Origin: a virus
Taxonomy: Duplodnaviria > Caudoviricetes
Strand: one strand, 5' to 3'
Length of the DNA stretch: 64,000 nucleotides
IMG/VR virus record: IMGVR_UViG_3300033121_001723
Coordinates: 11,954-75,953 of that record
Shown here: one piece after another, positions 47,251-56,508 of the stretch
Layout of the letters: the number at the start of each line of letters is the position of its first letter
Numbering within the stretch: the first letter of the stretch is position 1
Made by a program: the position numbers and the translations under genes
Notes under the pieces: generated by a model
Database searches by the model: none
What the model was told of the DNA's origin: nothing
The model's input: only the letters and a program-made list of their open reading frames with translations

Positions 47251-47997
47251 ATGAAGCTGTCTATCCTTATGCCGGCCCTGAGCAGCCGGAAATGGCAACC
47301 TCTGGCCGAGGAAATAAAGCGGCAGTGTGCCAGGCACAAACCTGGAGAAGCCCGCTTGGCGGTGCTCGAAGACGCTGGAGAGCTGTCCAGCGGCGTGAAA
47401 CGGCAAAAACTGATGGATTCGTCGACAGGTGAATACCTGTGCTTCATCGATGATGACGACGCGGTGGCTCCCGAGTACGTCGCCAACTTGCTGCATGGCT
47501 GTAACAAGAATCCGTCCGTGGTGTCGTTCAATTTGGATCTCAAGCACAAGAACAAGCTTGAGATCTGGAAATTCGGCATGTACCCAAACGACCGCCGACG
47601 GGGGAAAATGACCGTCAATCACCTCTGCCCTTGGCGAAGAGAGTTGGCCAGCCGGGTCGCTTGGTGCCCAGCTCTCGGCTACGCGGACGACCAGGTATGG
47701 CTGCAGCCGCTGGCCCACGCCGGGTTTCCGATCCATGAGCACCATATCGAGCGCGTACTCTACCACTACCAGTATTCCGATGCCGTCACCGCCAACCAGA
47801 CCTCCCCTCGCAAGCTGGCCGCCAAGGAGTACGTTGGCCGAGGCCTGCGGTGCTTCTTTTACGGTGAGGAGATCGTGATCGAAGTCGGTGGCACGCCTCG
47901 CCACGAAACGTCAGTTGTCGTCCGAGACCGGCACAATGTCGAACGCCGCATCCCGCTCGATGAACTGAAATGGTTCCACACGATTCGGATCGAATAA
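47251..47997 (+). CDS. GT2-family glycosyltransferase
   Basis: KLSILMPA, GVKRQKLM, GEYLCFIDDDDAV, YADDQVW. Confidence 0.88.
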   Translation: MKLSILMPALSSRKWQPLAEEIKRQCARHKPGEARLAVLEDAGELSSGVKRQKLMDSSTGEYLCFIDDDDAVAPEYVANLLHGCNKNPSVVSFNLDLKHKNKLEIWKFGMYPNDRRRGKMTVNHLCPWRRELASRVAWCPALGYADDQVWLQPLAHAGFPIHEHHIERVLYHYQYSDAVTANQTSPRKLAAKEYVGRGLRCFFYGEEIVIEVGGTPRHETSVVVRDRHNVERRIPLDELKWFHTIRIE

Positions 47998-48060
47998 CAT
48001 GGCGACCAGCGATCTCCGGACACCACGCCGCTGGACCGGCAAATAACCCACGGAGGGGTC

Positions 48061-48747
48061 ATGACAATCAAACATTTAACAGGCCTGACGGTCTGTGTCG
48101 ACTACACGATGTACCTTGAAACGGGCATCGCACGCTGGGCAGCAGGTTTGGACAAACTGATCGTCGTGACAACGCCCAGAGACTCCGAGACACGGGATCT
48201 GTGCCGGACTTGGGGGATCATCCCACACCTCACCGACGTATTTTACGCCAACGGCGCCCACTTCAACAAAGGGGCGGCGATGGCCGAAGCTTTCGATGCG
48301 TGTGGCGACAAGCCCGACTGGTTCCTGTTCTTTGACTCTGACATTGTGCCGCCCGCCGGCTGGCGCGATGCCATTAACGCAATGGCACTGCGGCCCACGG
48401 CGTTGCACGGCTGCAACCGTACCGAGGTTGACGGGCGTCCGATCAGGGACGCAGAGATCGCTGGATTCTTTCACTTGGCACACGTATCCGATCCGAATAT
48501 GCAAATCAAACCTGTCGTCGATACCCACTTCATCCACGCAGGAAACTACGACACAACATTCATGGAGCGATGGGCTCCTGCCGATCGCGTCCGCTTGCCA
48601 CTCTCCGTGGTACACGTTGGCGAGCCGCACGCAAACTGGTGCGGCATCGGCAACGCGGACAAGCTTCAAGAAATTGTCCAGCAACGCCGACGAGGCCGGA
48701 GCTGGAGAACCGAGACGATAACACCGGATCAGCCGTTGGACAACTGA
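48061..48747 (+). CDS. GT-A fold glycosyltransferase
   Basis: TVCVDY, FNKGAAM, LFFDSDIV, GFFHL, GNYDTTF, VVHVG. Confidence 0.8.
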   Translation: MTIKHLTGLTVCVDYTMYLETGIARWAAGLDKLIVVTTPRDSETRDLCRTWGIIPHLTDVFYANGAHFNKGAAMAEAFDACGDKPDWFLFFDSDIVPPAGWRDAINAMALRPTALHGCNRTEVDGRPIRDAEIAGFFHLAHVSDPNMQIKPVVDTHFIHAGNYDTTFMERWAPADRVRLPLSVVHVGEPHANWCGIGNADKLQEIVQQRRRGRSWRTETITPDQPLDN

Positions 48748-49394
48748 GCCGCCGCCAACCTCAATCCGTAGTGGTGCAGCTGCACCTGCATCGTTGGAAT
48801 GAACCCGTCGATGTTATCGTCGTCTGGAAACAGGATGTCTCCAAACTCGTCTACCAAAGCTTGCAGATCCTCCGGGCTGCCGCAAGCCTCGTCAATCTCC
48901 TCCAGTGTGAGGTTGTTGCCTAGCAGCTCTACCGTCACAGGCTTGCTCAGCCAGTGGCTCACAAAATTTTCATCCGAGAGTTCTTGTCTATCTTGGCCTC
49001 GCTGCTGTGCAATCACGGTGACACACCGGAAAAGCGCAGTCTCAGCGTGCCAGGTGTGTCCGACTGGCGACATTTCCGACGTCCCGGCTACTAACCGGTC
49101 CAAGAAATGCTCAAGGCTGCTGCCAGCCAGTTCCAGCAAGTCACTGTGGGACTTGAACTGGTACACGGCGTCCCCTTGATCTCCCGTCACGGTCAGCTCG
49201 TTGTCCACCATACAGTAGACCAAGCTGTCGATGCCGGAACCTGGTTTTCGCCAGTTGATGACATCTAGCTGGACGCCGGCCAACACCCCTTGCTCTCGCA
49301 CAGCTTTATGGTCTTTGAAAAACCGAGACATAAAGGCATCGGAGTAAAAACCCGCGTACCGGTTATACCACTTTTCGTCAGTGGCCCAGTTCAT
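48729..49394 (-). CDS. Hypothetical protein
   Basis: ATGA-coupled to tmk; FKDHKA...WRKPGS...TGDQGDAVY. Confidence 0.7.
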   Translation of the reverse strand: MNWATDEKWYNRYAGFYSDAFMSRFFKDHKAVREQGVLAGVQLDVINWRKPGSGIDSLVYCMVDNELTVTGDQGDAVYQFKSHSDLLELAGSSLEHFLDRLVAGTSEMSPVGHTWHAETALFRCVTVIAQQRGQDRQELSDENFVSHWLSKPVTVELLGNNLTLEEIDEACGSPEDLQALVDEFGDILFPDDDNIDGFIPTMQVQLHHYGLRLAAAQLSNG

Positions 49395-50065
49395 AACTGC
49401 GTCTCTTGTGTGACAGTCCTGTAAACGTAGTCGGATACGAGGTCCTTTGTATCCGTCTGAACGGTCTGGTAATCATGCACCGTTCGCCATGGCGACATAC
49501 AGCTGTCGCTGGCCATCCGTCGATAAACGTCAATCACGCGTTTCAGGTAGGGCTTAGCAGCCTCGTGGAGATCTTCCGCCTTGTCTGTGTAGGCCCGCTT
49601 CTGCTTCAACAGCACGCGAGCCGCGGCCAGCTCCGGTGGGACATCCAATAACAACTGCAGATCCGGAACAGGCATCGCGTTGACCGTGTACTCGACGTAC
49701 GTGATCCAGTTTCTCAACGCTTCCGCCTGCTCTGCCGGCACCTTGGCACATTGATGGGCGATGTTTGAACTCACGTACCTGTCGCACAAGACCACGTCGG
49801 AGGACGACAGGGCAGCCATCAGATCCGCCCGGGCAGCCACCCGGTCCATGGCGTAAATCAGCGACACCAAGTGCGGGTCGTTGGCATCTCCGAAATCGCC
49901 GTTCAGGTACTTCCCCACCATCTCCCCACACTTGGACTGTGTGTAGCGGGGAAATGAAAACACCGCGACCTTGTGTCCGGCGTCCTGTAACTTCTCGGCC
50001 AAGAGGGCCGTCTGTGTCCCCTTTCCGGAGCCGTCGACCCCCTCGATTGCGATAAAAACTGCCAA
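49391..50065 (-). CDS. tmk: Thymidylate kinase
   Basis: IAIEGVDGSGKGTQ, DRYVSSNIAHQ, PDLQLLLDVP; GGAGGAG RBS. Confidence 0.92.
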   Translation of the reverse strand: MAVFIAIEGVDGSGKGTQTALLAEKLQDAGHKVAVFSFPRYTQSKCGEMVGKYLNGDFGDANDPHLVSLIYAMDRVAARADLMAALSSSDVVLCDRYVSSNIAHQCAKVPAEQAEALRNWITYVEYTVNAMPVPDLQLLLDVPPELAAARVLLKQKRAYTDKAEDLHEAAKPYLKRVIDVYRRMASDSCMSPWRTVHDYQTVQTDTKDLVSDYVYRTVTQETQL

Positions 50066-50074
50066 TGCTCCTCC

Positions 50075-50088
50075 AATTTCTGGAAATT
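50075..50088. promoter_or_regulatory. Palindromic site AATTTCTGGAAATT (copy 8)
   Basis: Between stop 50092 and the GGAGGAG RBS of tmk, abutting the RBS. Confidence 0.75.
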
Positions 50089-50091
50089 GAC

Positions 50092-50991
50092 TTACCGATC
50101 CAAGAACCTGCGGACTTCTTCCCAGTTGTCCGCCACAGCCAGCAACTGCCTACGGCCCTCGTCCCGGGCCTCCTCGCGCTCCGCCCAGATCTCTGAATCG
50201 ATCAGCGGCTGCACCGCATCCGCAATAATTTCCCCCACGGTTGTCGGAGGTAGTGAATCCAACTCCCACGACTGTTCGCCATGGATCGCTTGATAGCCAG
50301 CAAACCTGGCGTCCGTAGTTTTCGCAGGGTTTGGTGGTGGGTTGTACGTCTCGATCTGGTCCATGTTCAGGGCCAGTCGAATCACCCGGATGTCCATACC
50401 GGAAAACAGCCGCAACCGCTCTTCGATATCCCGAGTCATATCGATACCACTGGGGTCGTGGTCCCCCAAGTGCAGGATCAAGGCCTCCTGCTCGAAACGG
50501 CGGTACCGGTTGTAGGCGGCCGCCCAAGTCTCCGAGTCACTCATGTAGCCTTTACAGGCCAAGTATGGCAGGTGCCACGGCTCGCAAGCCCTTGCTACCA
50601 CGCCTACCATAGCTTCCTTCTCGACCCACACCACGGGCCGGACATCCTGCCCTTCCCACCAGTCAACGTCGTACTGGTCCGCGACGGCCTGGATGATTTG
50701 GTGTGGTGAATCCCAAGCCGGCGGCCTGTGCTCGTTACGGGTCAGGTCACACATGTATGACCAGTCAATCAAACCGGCCCGCCGGCCATCTGAGATAATC
50801 GTCCCCAGCCGTTTGTAATCACGCTGGGTGTTCGGCAACCAGTCTCTGGATACGAAACCGTAGAACACGGATCGCAGCGTCACATCGGTGTAGCCGCCTC
50901 TGGCAAACTCTTCCAGGATTTCATTGGCCCGTTCGATAATTGTCAAGTGGTCGTCACTGAACTTCTTGTCGACATAACAAATCTTAGGCAT
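50092..50991 (-). CDS. Topoisomerase VI-A/Spo11-like (Mini-A-type) WH-TOPRIM protein
   Basis: TLRSVFY (catalytic Tyr motif), VWVEKE, GDHDPSG, ELDSL. Confidence 0.75.
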   Translation of the reverse strand: MPKICYVDKKFSDDHLTIIERANEILEEFARGGYTDVTLRSVFYGFVSRDWLPNTQRDYKRLGTIISDGRRAGLIDWSYMCDLTRNEHRPPAWDSPHQIIQAVADQYDVDWWEGQDVRPVVWVEKEAMVGVVARACEPWHLPYLACKGYMSDSETWAAAYNRYRRFEQEALILHLGDHDPSGIDMTRDIEERLRLFSGMDIRVIRLALNMDQIETYNPPPNPAKTTDARFAGYQAIHGEQSWELDSLPPTTVGEIIADAVQPLIDSEIWAEREEARDEGRRQLLAVADNWEEVRRFLDR

Positions 50992-51988
50992 CTGCTTCGG
51001 CTTTCCAGCGGAGGTTCTCCGCAATACCGCCGGACCGAGTCCAAACGGTCAAAGACCAAGACCCGGCCCACGGATCGTAGTCTCCTTGGGTATCGTATTC
51101 CTGCTTGCTGTCGGCGGCATCGTAGCCTCCGGCAATGTAGATTTCCATCACCTCTGGATACTTCTCCTCCACTTCCCGGATCAGATCATAGATCTCTTTG
51201 GTTGTCCGGTTCCAGGCGGGGCAGTCGGCCTCGACTCGGGGTCGACACTGGCCTTCCCGCCCTGAAGTTGCAAGACACGTACCCCGAGAAAAAATCATGG
51301 CTCGGCCAGACCCCTTGGCGTCCCTCCTGCCTTCGTCCCTTGCGGCAGCCACGGCCGCCCGCAAGGCCGTCCGATCTATTTTCAAAACAGGCTCTGTGCT
51401 TCGCTTCAGACCTCCGGCACCAGTGTCAGATTGAAGCATTTGCCGCAAGCCTTCCGCCGCCTCGGCCTTGGTACAACCTTGGGCCGACAGATCAGCTGCG
51501 AACTTTTTAGCCTCTGCTACAATGTCCGGCACAGCCGGCAATGTGACTCGGTCTGACTCCAAGGCCCGGTCCAGCAGAATTTCATGCGTAGCGTCCGAGC
51601 GGTTGATGTCCCCCCACACACGTAGCAACGGAGCCTCCGGCCTGTTTTCCAGCACCAGCACTTCGTCAAATCCTGTCGCCATGTCGGCTAAGCCGCAACC
51701 TTGAATACCGAGCGCCAGAGCACCGTCCTCCAGCAATCGCACGGTTACTTGCCGCTTCGGGCAGCCTGGCTCATGTCCGGGCAACCAGAGAGCAATTTTC
51801 TCCTTGGCTTCGCACAGAGCACCCAACAGCAAGTCAGCGGCAGTCTCTGTCTGCACCACTGCCACCAACTCTTCTGGGGGCCACTCCTCAGATGGACCGA
51901 CGTCATCTGCCTCCAATTGTCGATAGATCCCCCAACACTCGGTGCAATCGCCGAGTTCCTGATCCTGTTCTTTTCGATACCGGGCCAT
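50984..51988 (-). CDS. Hypothetical, probably mosaic protein
   Basis: 334-aa ORF, AAGG RBS. Confidence 0.65.
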   Translation of the reverse strand: MARYRKEQDQELGDCTECWGIYRQLEADDVGPSEEWPPEELVAVVQTETAADLLLGALCEAKEKIALWLPGHEPGCPKRQVTVRLLEDGALALGIQGCGLADMATGFDEVLVLENRPEAPLLRVWGDINRSDATHEILLDRALESDRVTLPAVPDIVAEAKKFAADLSAQGCTKAEAAEGLRQMLQSDTGAGGLKRSTEPVLKIDRTALRAAVAAARDEGRRDAKGSGRAMIFSRGTCLATSGREGQCRPRVEADCPAWNRTTKEIYDLIREVEEKYPEVMEIYIAGGYDAADSKQEYDTQGDYDPWAGSWSLTVWTRSGGIAENLRWKAEADA

Positions 51989-51990
51989 CC

Positions 51991-52305
51991 TTACTCCCTG
52001 TACACACTGGCGTAACTACCGGAGTCCCTTTTGATCCGGCCTGCAAACACGGCCGCCGCCTCAGTCAACTCCGTGTCATCAAAATACTCACCGCCGTCAA
52101 AACCTTGATGCCGCAGCTCGCCGTGGCCACCGCGGACAAACCGCTGCTGCCACACGACTAACTGGGAGTCTACCCAGGCCAGCACGACCCGAAAAATCGA
52201 CGAATGTGGCTGGTGGGTCACAGGACCAGCAGCCAAGATTTCGACACAACGGCCGCCGTCGACCACCGGGGACTCCATAAAAATAACCCTTGGATTGTTC
52301 ACCAA
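51991..52305 (-). CDS. Hypothetical protein
   Basis: AGGAG RBS. Confidence 0.6.
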   Translation of the reverse strand: MVNNPRVIFMESPVVDGGRCVEILAAGPVTHQPHSSIFRVVLAWVDSQLVVWQQRFVRGGHGELRHQGFDGGEYFDDTELTEAAAVFAGRIKRDSGSYASVYRE

Positions 52306-52310
52306 ATCTC

Positions 52311-52559
52311 CTACTTTTTGACAGGATACCGCTTAGGCTTCCATGGCCTCAGCGATGGGATTGCCTCGATTGCCTCCAAGAAATCTTGGGTGGCTAACAC
52401 TATCGGTACTACGTCAATACCGTCCTCTTGGCACTCGGGAAACCGGCCAAATGTTTGCAGGTACATACCTGTCACACGCAGCAGTAGATGCCTGTCCCGT
52501 CTAAGGGCGACCTCGGCGAGCTCGTCGAACAGAGTTGCCGCCAGGGTGTTTGCCGGCAT
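52311..52559 (-). CDS. Hypothetical protein
   Basis: AAGGAG RBS before ATG 52559 (MPANTL). Confidence 0.6.
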   Translation of the reverse strand: MPANTLAATLFDELAEVALRRDRHLLLRVTGMYLQTFGRFPECQEDGIDVVPIVLATQDFLEAIEAIPSLRPWKPKRYPVKK

Positions 52560-52722
52560 GTTCTTCTCCTTCATTGGTGCCCGCGACATCGTCTCTGACA
52601 ATGTTTACCGACCGTGGAGCCTCGATACCGACCCCCACTCTGCGGCCTCGGACACTTACGATCGTGATGACAACGTCTCCGATTGTGATTTTTTCGTTCA
52701 CCGTCCGTGTTAATACCAGCAT
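52501..52722 (-). CDS. csrA: Carbon storage regulator CsrA/RsmA family protein
   Basis: MLVLTRTVNEKITIG...VGVGIEAPRSVNIVRDD; the two RNA-binding Arg positions are retained. Confidence 0.88.
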   Translation of the reverse strand: MLVLTRTVNEKITIGDVVITIVSVRGRRVGVGIEAPRSVNIVRDDVAGTNEGEEHAGKHPGGNSVRRARRGRP

Positions 52723-52734
52723 CCTGTGCCCTTG

Positions 52735-54081
52735 TTAACCGTGCTTTCCTTCGCGTTCTCCCAAGCTGGTTGTGGACCAGCCTTCCAATTGCGGACAAAA
52801 CCGCACCGATCCCGCGAGGTTGGCTCCGGGTATGCTCTTTCCTTCGTATTCCGAGCCTTTGACTAGGACGTCAGGACAAAGCCCATTCACTTGCAAAAAT
52901 CTTTCGACGTCCCCGTCGAACGGGGCGACGTAAGCCTCCACTTCGGGATCGATCGCATAGGCGACGTCCAGCAGTCGGTACTCCAGCGGCCTGTACGGCC
53001 GTAATGAACCCTTGAGCTCTCGGACGGACTGGTCCGAATTCACCGCCACGACCAGTATCTGCCCAGGCTCGGTAACGCAGGAACTCAACAAACGGCGGTG
53101 CCCCGGATGCAGTAGATCAAAACATCCGTTTGTAAACACGACCTTATCGTTTACCGAGAAACCGGGCATAATCCGGCGGTCTTGCATCGCCCGGGTGTAG
53201 CGGATTTTGCTGTCCATCCATTCCGTAATCGTCACCGGAACTCCTCGCGGCCGTGAGACATAGGCGACGGCCGCTCCGATTGCCGCAGGCACAGCGAGCG
53301 ACAAACTAAAGCCCTCCGCCAGCCACCAAAGTAGCCCGGCAGAGAACATGTCTCCCGCACCGACGGCTTGCGGATCTTGCGACACGCGAGGCACCGGAAC
53401 ACTGACTGGTGGTAGATCCATACCGCCATACCAAACCGCGGCGTCGCTGTTTGTGATGACGACTGTACGGCCGGTCTCGGACACCAAGAACGACAAGATT
53501 TCCTTATCCGACAGATACGCCATGCCGCAGCCTTTCACTGCAGCCGCATTGGCGTCAGGCCGGTTGCAGACCAGCACGGCTCTCTGCGGTAGATTTTTCC
53601 AACGCGGAGACAGGGGATCTTTAACGTTGAGCACAACGGGGCCCTGCCACGTGTGCTGAATTAACCACGGCACACTATTCGTCAGTGAATAGTCGGAAAT
53701 GAGTACCCCGTCAGCAGTCTCGACATGCAGTGGGACATCGATACCGATCGGATCTTGGGGTGGATCAATATCCATTCGGCACAACGGATTATTGTCGTGG
53801 GAATAAAAATACCGGGACCGGACCGCAAACTCTCCGGTTATCCATTTGGTCCTCACACGCGACAACAGCCGGGCGAGCCGGCTGTTTGGATTGCCGACAG
53901 CTTTCAACGTAACGTCGGCTCCAAGATCGGCCAGCAGTTTGGCCGAATTTCCTGCCCCGCCGGGCCACAGGGCCCGGCTTTGCTCTTTGTACTTTGGGAC
54001 ACCGTGAACCGGGCAGAACCCAGACTGTTTCACGTAGATGTCCTCGTCTTCGATCACGTCGCCAAACACTACAATCTTCAT
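52735..54081 (-). CDS. hldE: Bifunctional HldE/RfaE-like sugar kinase / nucleotidyltransferase
   Basis: GDVIED, PGGAGN, ISDY, VGAGD (PfkB); FTNGCFDLLHPGH, VAVNSDQSV...KG..RP, LVKGSEY. Confidence 0.88.
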   Translation of the reverse strand: MKIVVFGDVIEDEDIYVKQSGFCPVHGVPKYKEQSRALWPGGAGNSAKLLADLGADVTLKAVGNPNSRLARLLSRVRTKWITGEFAVRSRYFYSHDNNPLCRMDIDPPQDPIGIDVPLHVETADGVLISDYSLTNSVPWLIQHTWQGPVVLNVKDPLSPRWKNLPQRAVLVCNRPDANAAAVKGCGMAYLSDKEILSFLVSETGRTVVITNSDAAVWYGGMDLPPVSVPVPRVSQDPQAVGAGDMFSAGLLWWLAEGFSLSLAVPAAIGAAVAYVSRPRGVPVTITEWMDSKIRYTRAMQDRRIMPGFSVNDKVVFTNGCFDLLHPGHRRLLSSCVTEPGQILVVAVNSDQSVRELKGSLRPYRPLEYRLLDVAYAIDPEVEAYVAPFDGDVERFLQVNGLCPDVLVKGSEYEGKSIPGANLAGSVRFCPQLEGWSTTSLGEREGKHG

Positions 54082-54087
54082 AGTCGA

Positions 54088-55653
54088 CTATTTCGCTTTC
54101 TTGGTGGCCCTCTTCACAGAGGCTTTCACCGGGCTGGACTTCGGCTTGGCCTTCGTTTCCGTCTTCGTTGACGGGTCGTGCAACTCGCACTTCAGTACGT
54201 ACGTCACACCACCGTGGGAGATTGTGCAGACGCTGGCCACAGACACCAGGTCCGCAAACTCCCCCTTTTCCAACGGAGTCTGCGTCGCCGCCACACAAAT
54301 CGTGTCTGCCGACCCCGGCGTGTATTCCTCCAGCCTGTGAGACAGGTAAGGCCGGGACCCCGCCACACCACCGGCCACGATATCCAGAATCCAGTCGATC
54401 CGGTTCCCGGTGAGGCCGGAGCCTGTGCAACCGCACGCCAATTGCATGACCAACTCGCCAGGCTCGTACCCGTCCACCGAGCCGTCGTCCGAGTTCATGA
54501 TGTCCAAGATCCGTTGCGCGGTCCCTGAACCGATATGCCATGTCGACTCTACCGGTGTGCCCGGAGCGGGCTCCAGGTATTGTGCGGCCACATTGCAGTA
54601 CCGGGACCCACTATCACACCAGAGATTGGCGTGCTTGCCTTCCACCGACTCGACAATCGCCAAGTGCGTGGCCGGCCCGTGCAGGTACTTGACCCGGGCT
54701 CCTGGCTTGAGCCACTCCGGAGCAGGGATAATCGGCGGACGGGCCTCCAGCGGCGGCAACTCCGGCTCTTGGGCAACCGGGGGCAATGACAACGGCTCCA
54801 CGGCCGGAGTGGAGGACGGTGCCTCCGCAGGGCTGGGCACAACGACAACCGGGGGAGCCTCGGCCCGGGATAGCTCCCCGGTCGGCAGGGGTGGCGACTG
54901 GACCATTGGCGGAGTTACCGCCAGCCCGGGAAAGGCCGGAACAGCAACCGACCCGGCAGCAGGCAACTGCACTACAGGAGCTCCGACGCCCAGCGTTACC
55001 GGCTGTTGCGGCCATGCGGGAGCCGTAAACACGGGAGGACCCGGCTGAACCGGAATTTGACCCATGTACTGGGGAGCCAGCTGCGGCTGATTGGGAAAGG
55101 CCGGCATCGCGTACGCAGGCGGATACTGCTGCGGAGGCTCTTGCATAACCGGCTGCGGCGGGAACGGCGGAGGGAGTGGCGCCACACCGGCAGGAGCTTG
55201 GGCGGGGCCGGGAGCCGCAACAGGAAGCTGTGCAGGAACCTGAACCGGCGCTTGAACGGGGAGCGGAGCTGGAGTAACCGCTTGGTCTCTGTCGAACACC
55301 CGAGAAAGAAACTGCTCCTCCTCCTTGCGCATATCTCGGGCCGCATTGGCCGTCGCAACAGAGTCCGTCAACTCCGTCAGAAATACCGAAAGACGCATGT
55401 CTGTACTGGTCTGCATCTGATCCAGGTAGATCGCCACCAACCCGATTTGCTTATCGAGCGGCAGCTGCATGACGTCCGCTGCTCGCAACAAGGCGGCCAC
55501 GTCTTCACGTAGCGTGCCGACGACCTCCCGCAGGTAGGTCTCAAAACTGCAGGTCAGATGCTTGCGCAACGACGAGTACGTCACAACAGCCGACAGCTGC
55601 AGGACGTGCGGAATACTTGCCGCCAACTTCAAAGTGTCTTGGATATGTGACAA
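54088..55653 (-). CDS. Hypothetical multidomain protein: helical N-terminus, ~190-aa Pro-rich linker, SH3/KOW-like domain, C-terminal domain
   Basis: Composition; LKPGARVKY...AIVESVEGKHANL. Confidence 0.7.
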   Translation of the reverse strand: MSHIQDTLKLAASIPHVLQLSAVVTYSSLRKHLTCSFETYLREVVGTLREDVAALLRAADVMQLPLDKQIGLVAIYLDQMQTSTDMRLSVFLTELTDSVATANAARDMRKEEEQFLSRVFDRDQAVTPAPLPVQAPVQVPAQLPVAAPGPAQAPAGVAPLPPPFPPQPVMQEPPQQYPPAYAMPAFPNQPQLAPQYMGQIPVQPGPPVFTAPAWPQQPVTLGVGAPVVQLPAAGSVAVPAFPGLAVTPPMVQSPPLPTGELSRAEAPPVVVVPSPAEAPSSTPAVEPLSLPPVAQEPELPPLEARPPIIPAPEWLKPGARVKYLHGPATHLAIVESVEGKHANLWCDSGSRYCNVAAQYLEPAPGTPVESTWHIGSGTAQRILDIMNSDDGSVDGYEPGELVMQLACGCTGSGLTGNRIDWILDIVAGGVAGSRPYLSHRLEEYTPGSADTICVAATQTPLEKGEFADLVSVASVCTISHGGVTYVLKCELHDPSTKTETKAKPKSSPVKASVKRATKKAK

Positions 55654-55672
55654 AACTGCTCCCTTCTCAGAT

Positions 55673-56443
55673 TTAGAACGGAAGGTCCTCGATCGAGACC
55701 CTCATCTTTTTCCAATCCCCGGCCAGCGAACGGCCACGGACTTGACGCATAAAAGCCATCGCGCAGGCCGCGGTGCGTGGATCACTCGTCAGCCACGCCC
55801 ACGGGTAGTACAGCACACTCGGCAACCTACGGAGAATCTCATCCGTTGGCAACTCTCCCGGGGTGATCAAAACCCGACGGAGCACCCACTGGCGGGTGTG
55901 CGGATACCAAATGTCAGGATCGGTGATTTCACCGGGTGGTATCGTGTTGGGTGTAATGAACTGCCACACCAGGCTGGACGGATAAGCCCTCAGCTCGGAC
56001 CTGCGCAGCCGGTAGTACCTACCCCACAGCGGCTTCAGATCCCGATAATCGTCCGTAACCTCCTCTTCGGTCTGAATATTCAGTGGTTCGCGGATGTCTT
56101 TTAGAAGCTTGATCAACGACCAAACCTCCCGCGCATAACAATTCGGGCAGCTCCACAGGTTTTTACAGTGTCGCGGGTACGCGACCCGGCCCAAGGCTGT
56201 AGTGCACGCCAGCAGATTATCCGCTGTAGTCTGGGTAAGTCCCCAGCCGAATTTTGTCACCGGGACTTCCCGGACATCAATCTCGCAGAGTTGTTGTACC
56301 TGAGACCGCCACAGCTTTCGCAGGGTTGCGGCCAAGGCTCCTGGATGCCGAAACCCACGCAGTTCAGGAGAGTCCAAGGCGAGGACTTTCTGCAACAACT
56401 CCGCGGTATGCCCTCGCCACCAGACGATCCTGGCTTTTGCCAT
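55673..56443 (-). CDS. Hypothetical zinc-finger protein, possibly a degenerate HUH Rep-like fold
   Basis: CKNLWSCPNC; WYPHTR. Confidence 0.6.
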   Translation of the reverse strand: MAKARIVWWRGHTAELLQKVLALDSPELRGFRHPGALAATLRKLWRSQVQQLCEIDVREVPVTKFGWGLTQTTADNLLACTTALGRVAYPRHCKNLWSCPNCYAREVWSLIKLLKDIREPLNIQTEEEVTDDYRDLKPLWGRYYRLRRSELRAYPSSLVWQFITPNTIPPGEITDPDIWYPHTRQWVLRRVLITPGELPTDEILRRLPSVLYYPWAWLTSDPRTAACAMAFMRQVRGRSLAGDWKKMRVSIEDLPF

Positions 56444-56487
56444 TTCCCAGCTTTCTCAACTTGAACACCGGTCTTGACGACCAAAAA

Positions 56488-56505
56488 TCAATTTCCGGAA
56501 ATTGA
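56488..56505. promoter_or_regulatory. Palindromic site TCAATTTCCGGAAATTGA (copy 9)
   Basis: Perfect 18-bp palindrome 3 nt after stop 56509. Confidence 0.8.
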
Positions 56506-56508
56506 CCC

